Positions 18,463 through 26,832 of a DNA stretch of 64,000 bases are shown here, piece by piece. Both the position numbers and the translations under genes were made by a program. A model generated the notes under the pieces. The model was given only the letters and a program-made list of their open reading frames with translations. It was not told the origin of the DNA and did no database searches. Source of the stretch: a virus. Its lineage: Duplodnaviria; Heunggongvirae; Uroviricota; Caudoviricetes; Crassvirales. The stretch's first letter is position 1. Every line of letters starts with the position of its first letter. Location: IMG/VR virus record IMGVR_UViG_3300042473_001002; one strand, 5' to 3'.

Positions 18463-20448
18463 ATGGCAATAAAAATAATTCTAATATTAGCATTATTACA
18501 ATATATATATTACTTTATATTTAAACCTAAATTAAATATTTTATCTTGTGGAATTTTTGGTCAAGCTACAAATACACCAGTGAAATTAGATGTATCTTCT
18601 GTTAATATTCTTGGAATATATAATATAGAAAGAGGTAAACAATCTTGTGGTTTAACTTGGGATGGAGATATTCAACATGGCATTGATAAAGATAAACTTT
18701 ATAGTGACTTTATTAAAAATAGAAATATTAAACCAAAATATTTTCCAACTATGTTTGGACACACTAGACAATCTAGTTATGGAAATATTGTTAATTTAGA
18801 TAACGCACATCCTTTTGGATATGGTATCAGTGCTGATAAAAATAGTTATGAGTTTATATTTGTTCATAACGGAACATTAAAAAATTCTAAAGAATTAGCA
18901 GCTAAATATAATATTGATACAATTGTAAAGTATCAAAAAAAAATGCATAATAGTGAAAATACATATGAAACAACTAGAACTAAAATTGACTCAGAAATTC
19001 TAGGTGAAATATTATGGCAAGAAAAATCTTATCATGTATTGAGTGAATATGTAGGTACAGCTGCTTGTGCTTGGATGTGGTGTAATGAACCTAATAAATT
19101 ATATTTATGGTCAGGTGCTTCTAAATTACATATAGATGATACAGATGGTAAAATATTTGAAGAAAGACCTTTGTGTGTTTATAATAAAAGTAAAAATAAT
19201 ATGTTTTTTTCATCATTAGAAGATAGTTTAACTACTATTGGTGGTGTTTTAAACAATAATATTGAACAAATTGCTGTAAATACAGTACATATAATTACTA
19301 ACGGTGACTATAAAAATTGTGAAAAAATTCTTTCTACTAGAAAAAATGCTTGTCAAGATGATAGTTATAAAGCACCCAGGCACAATCATTACGGAGGAAA
19401 TCATAGAACTCAAAACTATTATGATACCATACTTAATGATGGTATTGATTATAGTAATCCTAGTTCTGCTTATTGTAATGTAAAAAATGTAACAGGTATG
19501 GATATAACAGAAGATATTCCATTACATAATATAAACAATTATTTAGGTAAAGTTTATTCAAAAGGTCTTAGATATTGGAAAAACGGACATGTAATTAATG
19601 GTATATATATGTATATTCTTGGTTATGGTTTTAAAAGACTTGGTGATAGTTATGTTGAAGCTTATGCTGAAATTGAAAAAAATCGTGGTAAAGTATTTTC
19701 AACAGGAGGAGATTTTTCTTATACTATAACAGAAGGTCAAATTCCAATTCAAAAAGAATCTAAAATACAATTACATTATTTTATTGATGGTGCAATGTTA
19801 AAAACTCATTCTGATTATATTAAATGTCAAGAAATGAAAAAAAATATGACATCTGGAACTAAATATATAGGAGTTGTAGAATTATCAAGTATGTCTAAAC
19901 ATCCAGTAGCAACCATGTTAACATCTAAAAAACCTCCAGTTTATCTTGACGGTGGTTATTATACAGGAAATTGTGTAGAATTAGGTTTTGAAAAAGTTTA
20001 TTATTTTGATAATGGTAAATTTATGAAATGTAGTAGAAGATTAGATTTAACTGAAGAAAAACCAGTTATTCAATTACCTATAAATTTTAAAAAAGAAGAA
20101 CCTCAAATTGTACATAATCCACAAATTTTAAATCAGGCTGTTAATAATATTAGAAATTATGAAAAAGAATGGGAAGATGATCTTAAAAAAGAAACTTTAA
20201 ATAAAATCATTGAAACTCATTTTGAAACAGAAATTGATGAAGAACTAAATGAAGAAGATGTTGATGAATTTATTACGGATTTTGTTAGTGAAAGTTTTAT
20301 ATCATTAATAGAAGATATTGAATCTAAAATGAAAGATTTAAAAGATTACAAAGAAAATTCAATTGCAAAAGATGCGATTAGAACTTTTGATATGATTTTA
20401 AATGTTTGTAATCAATATATTACAGAACCAAGAAAAGAAAAAGAATAA
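18463..20448 (+). CDS. class II (Ntn) glutamine amidotransferase domain fused to a large uncharacterised C-terminal region
   Basis: LSCGIFGQ…HTRQSSYGNIVNLDNAHPFG follows a 29 aa hydrophobic leader that could be an autoprocessed propeptide. No PP-loop (SGGxDS) is present, and an acidic tail follows. Confidence 0.6.
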   Translation: MAIKIILILALLQYIYYFIFKPKLNILSCGIFGQATNTPVKLDVSSVNILGIYNIERGKQSCGLTWDGDIQHGIDKDKLYSDFIKNRNIKPKYFPTMFGHTRQSSYGNIVNLDNAHPFGYGISADKNSYEFIFVHNGTLKNSKELAAKYNIDTIVKYQKKMHNSENTYETTRTKIDSEILGEILWQEKSYHVLSEYVGTAACAWMWCNEPNKLYLWSGASKLHIDDTDGKIFEERPLCVYNKSKNNMFFSSLEDSLTTIGGVLNNNIEQIAVNTVHIITNGDYKNCEKILSTRKNACQDDSYKAPRHNHYGGNHRTQNYYDTILNDGIDYSNPSSAYCNVKNVTGMDITEDIPLHNINNYLGKVYSKGLRYWKNGHVINGIYMYILGYGFKRLGDSYVEAYAEIEKNRGKVFSTGGDFSYTITEGQIPIQKESKIQLHYFIDGAMLKTHSDYIKCQEMKKNMTSGTKYIGVVELSSMSKHPVATMLTSKKPPVYLDGGYYTGNCVELGFEKVYYFDNGKFMKCSRRLDLTEEKPVIQLPINFKKEEPQIVHNPQILNQAVNNIRNYEKEWEDDLKKETLNKIIETHFETEIDEELNEEDVDEFITDFVSESFISLIEDIESKMKDLKDYKENSIAKDAIRTFDMILNVCNQYITEPRKEKE

Positions 20449-22178
20449 TGAGTAAAGAAAAAGTAGTTATAACAGTTAAAGATGAAAGTTTACCTATATC
20501 TAAATGTAGACAATTTGATAAAAAATGGTATAAAATAGGTGATGTTAAAATAGAAAATTCTGGTGATTGTTATTTTATTAAAAATAGATATTATCGAGAA
20601 GAAACTGGTAGTGTTGTATTTAATTACAGTATCAATGAATATGTTTTAAAAGATGATAGTGTAATTAAAGGAATTATTAATATTGATGAAAACAACATTG
20701 TTAAATTTGGTTATTTTAACTATGATAAAAAACATGCTGTTATTAAATTAGAAAATGGTAGTAAATGTAATATATTAAATGAAGAATGTCTTTTAAATAA
20801 TAAATTATATCGTGAAATTTTATCTACTGGTGAATATTCACATATTAGTTTAATTCCAGCTAAGAAATTTAATAGTATGTTAATTCCAAAACAAGAATAT
20901 AAACATAGTTTACCTTATGACTCAAAGGGAATTACAAATCAATTTTTAAGTTTATATAATAATAATTACAATCCCAAAATATTTGAAAATGTTTCTTTAT
21001 ATTCTAAAGTATTAGGAAATTTAACATTTGGATTAGAGTTTGAAACGACTAAAGGTTTTATTCCTGAGAGAATTATTAATAATTATGGTTTGATTCCTTT
21101 AAGGGATGGTAGTATTAGTGGTATTGAATATGTTACAGTTCCTTTACAAAGTGAAAAAGGGTTACAATATGTAATTGATATTTCTAAAATATTAGAACAT
21201 AGGACTGTTTATGATAAAACTTGTTCTTTACATCAACATATTGGAAATATACCTAGAACTAAAGAATTTATTTTATCTTTCTTTAAAGTAACATGTGCTA
21301 TTCAAAATGAAATTTTTGAAATGTTTCCATTATTTAAAAAATATAATTTTAGAGTTAAAAATAAAAATTATAGTAAACCTTATCCTATTTATAATTTGTT
21401 AAGTCAAATGGATAGTGTAATTAATACTAATAATATTGATGAAAACTTTAATATATTATATAAATATTTATCTAGTGGACAAGAATTTAAAGATGTTGGA
21501 AGTGATTTAGATAATGTAACCATTCATCCAAGTGATCCAAATGGTAATCAAAAATGGTTGATAAAAAATAGATATTATATTCATAATATGATCCCTCTTA
21601 TTTTTGGTAATAAACAAACTATTGAATTTAGAATTCATACTCCTACATATGATGTAAATAAAATAGTTCCTTTTATGTTTATAAATAGTATTTTAATTAA
21701 TTATACTATTCAAAATCAAAATGAAATATTAGGAACTCGTGGTTTTTTATGTAATAAAAATTTATCAAATATTATTACAGAGTATCTAAATAATTTTAAA
21801 TTTAATGATGGTGGTAATTTACATGCTTCTTTATTACATTATATTGATAGTAGAAAAAAAGATACTGAATCACAAAATATTAATGGTGATATTGTTGGTG
21901 ATGAAACTAAAATTAGATCTTGTAATTTTGTAAATTGGACTAAAGAAGTTAATGAAAAACAAGAATATTTATATATGGATAAAAAATCTATTTATAAACA
22001 TATTGATGGTTTTGTGTCAGATCCGTATGAAGTAGAAATAGAACGAATATTAGACCATATGGTTAAAGGAAGAATGTCTGTTTCTACAGGTAATTCTAAA
22101 ATAAGTTTTTACAGAAAAGAACAGAAAGATTATAGAAATAAAAATAATTTATCTCCAATTTTAACATATGAAGAATAA
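20448..22178 (+). CDS. hypothetical protein (576 aa), cluster-associated
   Basis: The ATGA start overlaps the previous stop, and no known motif was recognised. Confidence 0.5.
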   Translation: MSKEKVVITVKDESLPISKCRQFDKKWYKIGDVKIENSGDCYFIKNRYYREETGSVVFNYSINEYVLKDDSVIKGIINIDENNIVKFGYFNYDKKHAVIKLENGSKCNILNEECLLNNKLYREILSTGEYSHISLIPAKKFNSMLIPKQEYKHSLPYDSKGITNQFLSLYNNNYNPKIFENVSLYSKVLGNLTFGLEFETTKGFIPERIINNYGLIPLRDGSISGIEYVTVPLQSEKGLQYVIDISKILEHRTVYDKTCSLHQHIGNIPRTKEFILSFFKVTCAIQNEIFEMFPLFKKYNFRVKNKNYSKPYPIYNLLSQMDSVINTNNIDENFNILYKYLSSGQEFKDVGSDLDNVTIHPSDPNGNQKWLIKNRYYIHNMIPLIFGNKQTIEFRIHTPTYDVNKIVPFMFINSILINYTIQNQNEILGTRGFLCNKNLSNIITEYLNNFKFNDGGNLHASLLHYIDSRKKDTESQNINGDIVGDETKIRSCNFVNWTKEVNEKQEYLYMDKKSIYKHIDGFVSDPYEVEIERILDHMVKGRMSVSTGNSKISFYRKEQKDYRNKNNLSPILTYEE

Positions 22179-22888
22179 TGGTACTAGTACATAAAGAAAG
22201 TTTAACAAATCGTCGTATTAGTATAAACTGGCAAAAAGATATAGGGGATTGGGTAGATCCTCTATATTCTTTGCTAGAATCTGACTATATTGATGATTTA
22301 GTAACTTTTATTCAACAGAAATATTTACAATCTGAACATGTTTATCCTAAAAAAAGTAGATTATTTAAACCCTTTCAATATTGTAAATATGATGAACTAA
22401 AAGTTGTAATGATTTCAAACAATGCTCCTATTAGTGAATATGCTTCAGGTTTTGGATTTGGTATTAATAGTTTTGATGAAAAAGCACTTTTACCAAACTT
22501 ATTAGAAAGTCTTAAAATATTAATTAAAGAAAGTTTATATCCTAGTATTAAAGGAACTATATTTTTTGATAGTACATTACAAGATTATGCTGAACAAGGT
22601 GTTTTATTTTTAAATACATCTTTAACAGTAGAAGCAAATGAAAGTCATAGTGATATTTGGAGAAACTTTGTTAGACAAGTTATTAAAACAATTAGTAAAG
22701 AAAAAGATAATATTATATTTGTATTTTTAAATGGTGAAAATGAACTATTTGAAAAATACATTGACGTTAATAAACATTATATTTTAAGAAATGCAGGATC
22801 TACTTTACCTCATTATAGTAATATAATTAGTAAAATAGAAGATATAATATTATGTAAATACGGTTCAAGAGAACATATACAATGGTAA
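22178..22888 (+). CDS. hypothetical protein (236 aa)
   Basis: Start/stop-coupled within the cluster. Confidence 0.5.
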   Translation: MVLVHKESLTNRRISINWQKDIGDWVDPLYSLLESDYIDDLVTFIQQKYLQSEHVYPKKSRLFKPFQYCKYDELKVVMISNNAPISEYASGFGFGINSFDEKALLPNLLESLKILIKESLYPSIKGTIFFDSTLQDYAEQGVLFLNTSLTVEANESHSDIWRNFVRQVIKTISKEKDNIIFVFLNGENELFEKYIDVNKHYILRNAGSTLPHYSNIISKIEDIILCKYGSREHIQW

Positions 22889-23355
22889 ATAATATGATAT
22901 TTATCCCTTATAACACTCCTTCACTTAAAAATAGTAAGGTTAAAACAAGTAAAGGGATATTTAGTTCAACAACAGTTAAAAAATATCTTAGTAAACTAGG
23001 TATTCAATCTTATTCTTCAAGTAAAAAGATTGTTAAAGGTTATGTTAATAGACCAAATAAATTTGAAGCTTTAAAAGAACAATTTGAATTAGCTTTAGGT
23101 AATAAAGAATTTCCAATATTAATATGTTTTCATTTTATTAGAGATAGTAAAAGAGCATTTGATTTTGGTAATGCTTCAGAAGTAATTTTTGACTTATTAA
23201 CAGCTCATAACATTATACCTGATGATAATATTAAATTTACAATACCGTCTGTAATGACTATAGACGGTATTTTACCTACAGAAGAAAATATGCATAAATT
23301 AGAATGGTATAGTGTTGACAAAGAAAATTGTGGCACGTGGATTAAAATAATTTAA
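22882..23355 (+). CDS. RusA-like Holliday junction resolvase
   Basis: IFIPYNTPSLKNSK… and DFGNASEVIFDLLTAHNIIPDDNIKF (compare RusA D.DN..K..lDaL……DD). Confidence 0.45.
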   Translation: MVNNMIFIPYNTPSLKNSKVKTSKGIFSSTTVKKYLSKLGIQSYSSSKKIVKGYVNRPNKFEALKEQFELALGNKEFPILICFHFIRDSKRAFDFGNASEVIFDLLTAHNIIPDDNIKFTIPSVMTIDGILPTEENMHKLEWYSVDKENCGTWIKII

Positions 23356-23365
23356 TTAAATAAAA

Positions 23366-23665
23366 ATGAAAAAAGAACTGTTACAAAAAATTAGTGAATT
23401 ATGTTATTTTGTTTTAGATGATAAAGAATGTAAAAAATTTTTATTATATCTTATTAAAGATGATGTTAATTCTGCAAGATTATATTTAGATAAAGTGATT
23501 GAAAATATTGAATTTCAATTTGCATTTGAATCAGAAGATGAGGAATTAAAACGTCAATTAAAACATTCTAACACACTAATGGATTTAGTAATAGAACTGA
23601 CAATAGTGAATGATAGAGACAACGAAGAAGGAAAGCAAGTTAGAGAAATTACTTCAGGACAATGA
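23366..23665 (+). CDS. hypothetical protein
   Basis: A 99 aa ORF whose 3' end overlaps the HNH gene start by 56 nt. Confidence 0.4.
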   Translation: MKKELLQKISELCYFVLDDKECKKFLLYLIKDDVNSARLYLDKVIENIEFQFAFESEDEELKRQLKHSNTLMDLVIELTIVNDRDNEEGKQVREITSGQ

Positions 23666-24191
23666 AGAAATTATTTGGAAAGATATTCCAGATTATAAAG
23701 GTTATTATCAAGTAAATAACTTAGGTAATATAAGAAGTATAAAACGTGAAATTATTACTGAAAAAGGTGTTAAACAAATTAGAAAAGAAGTTTTACTAAA
23801 ATCAAGATTAGGAAATAAAGGTTATTTATATGTAATATTATGTAAATTAGGTATTACTAAAACTATAACAGTACATCAATTAGTAGCAATTGTATTTTTA
23901 GATTATAAACCAGACGGTACTACAAAAATAGTAGTAGATCACATAGATAATAATCCATTAAATAACAAATTAGAAAATTTACAAGTAATCACACAATATC
24001 AAAATCGTATAAAAGATATGAAAGGGTTTTCAAGTAATTTTCCAGGTGTTTGTTGGAGTAAATTTCATAATAAATGGAGAGTTAGAGTTCAATATAACAA
24101 TATTAGAAGAAGTATTGGTTATTTTGATAATGAACAAGATGCTATAGATGCTTGTAAAAATGAACTAATAAAATTAAATAGATATGAGTAA
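23610..24191 (+). CDS. HNH homing endonuclease with NUMOD4-like N-terminus and AP2 DNA-binding domain (mobile element)
   Basis: IWKDIPDYKGYYQVNNLGNIRS (NUMOD4-like), VDHIDNNPLNNKLENLQ (HNH), and FPGVCWSKFHNKWRVRVQYNNIRRSIGYFDNEQDA (AP2). Confidence 0.65.
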   Translation: MIETTKKESKLEKLLQDNEEIIWKDIPDYKGYYQVNNLGNIRSIKREIITEKGVKQIRKEVLLKSRLGNKGYLYVILCKLGITKTITVHQLVAIVFLDYKPDGTTKIVVDHIDNNPLNNKLENLQVITQYQNRIKDMKGFSSNFPGVCWSKFHNKWRVRVQYNNIRRSIGYFDNEQDAIDACKNELIKLNRYE

Positions 24192-25200
24192 ATTAGACAC
24201 TATTCTAAATAAAAATGAAAATATCGATTTAACATTAAGTTATAGTAGAATTTCTGACTTTTCTCGGAATGGACCAAAAGCTTTAGTTAGACCATCTAAT
24301 CCAGATGGAGAAGGTTTAAGATTTGGTTCTTTATCAGATGATTTACTTTTAGATAAAGTAATGAATAATAATACATTTAAACAAAAGTATTATCTATTTG
24401 ACGGTAATAAACCAACCGCTACATTAGGTGAATTATGTGATATAATTGTAAAAAATTATGATAAATTACCTGATGTAGAAACGGTTTTAAAAATAGTAAG
24501 ACATAATGCATTTTGGAGTGGTGTAAAAGTAGAAGAAACTTTAATTAAAAAGTTTAATACTGATGAATTTTGGAATTATTTAAATATAATGTTTAAAGTT
24601 CAAAATAGAATTATAGTTACTTCTAACGATTACAATGATGCTTTAGAATGTGTTAATTTATTACTAAATCATAAACACACTTATAAATTATTTAATAATG
24701 AATTTGAAAATCATTATCAATATAAATTTAATTTTAGTTATAAAGGATTTAATTTAAGAGGAATTATAGATAAACTATCCATAGATCATACTAATAAAAT
24801 AGTGTACATGGAAGATATTAAAACTAGTTCATCTAAATGTGAAGAATTTGTTAAAAGTTTTATTAAATATTGTTATTATTTTCAAGAATCTGTATATAGT
24901 TTAGCATTTGAACAAATATGTAAAGAACTCAATTTAAAGAATTATACTTTAGCTCCATTTAAATTTATAGTTATTGGAAGATATGAGAAAGTTCCACATG
25001 TATTTGAAGTTAGTGAAAAATGGCATAATGCAGCTTTAAATGGATTTAAAACTAAATCTGGTTATAAATATAAAGGTCTAAATGAGAACTTAGACATTAT
25101 ATATTATCATTGGAAAAATAAATTATATGAGTTTAACAAAGAAGTTTATGAACAGAACGGAAGTTTAATTTTAAATGATGATTTTATAGAAGTAAATTAA
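24184..25200 (+). CDS. PD-(D/E)xK nuclease (RecB/λ-exonuclease/Cas4-like)
   Basis: GIIDKLSI…YMEDIKTS (D…ExK) followed by YYFQESVYSLAF (the QxxxY motif). Confidence 0.5.
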   Translation: MSKLDTILNKNENIDLTLSYSRISDFSRNGPKALVRPSNPDGEGLRFGSLSDDLLLDKVMNNNTFKQKYYLFDGNKPTATLGELCDIIVKNYDKLPDVETVLKIVRHNAFWSGVKVEETLIKKFNTDEFWNYLNIMFKVQNRIIVTSNDYNDALECVNLLLNHKHTYKLFNNEFENHYQYKFNFSYKGFNLRGIIDKLSIDHTNKIVYMEDIKTSSSKCEEFVKSFIKYCYYFQESVYSLAFEQICKELNLKNYTLAPFKFIVIGRYEKVPHVFEVSEKWHNAALNGFKTKSGYKYKGLNENLDIIYYHWKNKLYEFNKEVYEQNGSLILNDDFIEVN

Positions 25201-25766
25201 TGAGTAAACTAAAGTACACAAAATCGAAAACATATTTATTACCTTTAATGAGTGAAGTATTAGATTTAAATCTAAAATTCATACCTTATTTACTTAATAC
25301 ATATATGTTTGATGATAAAAATGAATTTCAAAATTGCATATTCATATTACATGAATTCAATTTTAAGAACCCTGAATTTACCGCATACGAACACAAACTT
25401 ATAAATAATCCATTGTTTGTAAAACATATTGATTTAGATAATAAAGTAGTGTATGTTTTCAAATTTCCAGAAGAATATTTAACTGAATATTATCATTTGA
25501 CAAATAGTAATTATTCACTATTTGGAAATGACGCAAAACAGTTAATATTAAAGTTTTGGGGACAAGTGTATTCAGGTAATTCATTAGGTGTTAACTTTCT
25601 ATTAAAAGTAAAAAATATACTATATAAAGATAAAAAATTAAAAGAAAAACTCGAAAAAGACTTAGGAGTTAAACTTGATGATAATCAAGAATTAGGGGAT
25701 TATGTAGATCTCGAAAATGAAACGTTTAAAATAGAAGAATTTAAACAAAATATAATTGTAAATTAA
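25200..25766 (+). CDS. hypothetical protein
   Basis: A 188 aa ORF. Confidence 0.45.
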   Translation: MSKLKYTKSKTYLLPLMSEVLDLNLKFIPYLLNTYMFDDKNEFQNCIFILHEFNFKNPEFTAYEHKLINNPLFVKHIDLDNKVVYVFKFPEEYLTEYYHLTNSNYSLFGNDAKQLILKFWGQVYSGNSLGVNFLLKVKNILYKDKKLKEKLEKDLGVKLDDNQELGDYVDLENETFKIEEFKQNIIVN

Positions 25767-26740
25767 TGAGCATATTTGATAAAAGAATAAACATATTGCC
25801 TTATGAATATCCTCAATTATTATCGTATAAAGATGCGATTAGACATAGTTATTGGATAGATACTGAATTTAATTTTACTTCAGATATTAGTGATTTTAAA
25901 ACAAACATTAATAATGTTGAAAGAGATATTATTAAAAAAAGTATGTTATCTATTGCTCAAATTGAAGTTAATGTAAAAACTTTTTGGGCAGACATGTATA
26001 AAAGAATGCCTATTTCAGAAATAGGTGATGTTGGAATGACGTTTGCGGAATCAGAAGTTAGACATAAAGATGCTTATGCTAAATTATTAACAATATTAGG
26101 ATTACAAAATGAATTTGAACATGTTGTTGAGGTTCCAGCAATACAAGGAAGAATTAATTACTTAAACAAATATTTAGATGGGACTAGAAGTAAAGATAAT
26201 AAAATGTACACTAAAAGTGTATTATTATTTTCTTTATTTATTGAACATGTTTCTTTATTTAGTCAATTTTTAATTATGATGTCTTTTAATAAAGAAAAAA
26301 ATTTATTTAAAGGAATTAGTAATGTAGTTGAAGCAACAAGTAAAGAGGAAGATATTCATGGTAATTTTGGTGTTGAAATAATTAATATTATAAAACATGA
26401 ATTTCCTGAATGGTTTGATAAAGAATTTGAAAATTTAATTTATTCAGCATGTGATAAAGCATATAAAGCTGAATGTGGTATTTTAGATTGGATATTTGAA
26501 CAAGGAGAATTAGAATTTCTACCTAAAAATGTAATTAAAGAATTTATTAAAAATAGATTTAATAATTCATTAAATAAAATAGGAATGAATTCTATATTTG
26601 ATATAAATATAGAATTATTAGAACCAACATTATGGTTTGATGTAGAAATTAAATCTACAAAAGAAGGTGATTTCTTTTATAAAAAATCTATTGATTATAA
26701 TAAAAAATCACAGTCTATAACAGAAAATGATTTATTTTAA
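25766..26740 (+). CDS. nrdB: ribonucleotide reductase class I small subunit
   Basis: Ferritin-like di-iron motifs (ESEVRHKDAYAKLL and SKEEDIHGNFGVE), adjacent to nrdA. Confidence 0.75.
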   Translation: MSIFDKRINILPYEYPQLLSYKDAIRHSYWIDTEFNFTSDISDFKTNINNVERDIIKKSMLSIAQIEVNVKTFWADMYKRMPISEIGDVGMTFAESEVRHKDAYAKLLTILGLQNEFEHVVEVPAIQGRINYLNKYLDGTRSKDNKMYTKSVLLFSLFIEHVSLFSQFLIMMSFNKEKNLFKGISNVVEATSKEEDIHGNFGVEIINIIKHEFPEWFDKEFENLIYSACDKAYKAECGILDWIFEQGELEFLPKNVIKEFIKNRFNNSLNKIGMNSIFDINIELLEPTLWFDVEIKSTKEGDFFYKKSIDYNKKSQSITENDLF

Positions 26741-26748
26741 ATAACTTA

Positions 26749-26818
26749 GAAAGATTTATTAAATCAAAAATAAGTAAAACATAAAATAAATTATAAAAAA
26801 AATATTAATAAATCTTTC
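26749..26818 (+). promoter_or_regulatory. 14 bp perfect inverted repeat pair (gaaagatttattaa … ttaataaatctttc) separated by 42 nt in the nrdB-nrdA intergenic region
   Basis: Direct reading of the sequence. It could be an RNA stem-loop or a protein-binding site. Confidence 0.3.
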
Positions 26819-26832
26819 ATTAAACAAAATTA

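Noticed and set aside
26749-26818. NrdR boxes upstream of nrdA.
   Set aside because: The inverted repeat does not resemble the NrdR box consensus (a 16 bp acaCwAtATaTwGtgt palindrome) and is not arranged as two tandem boxes.
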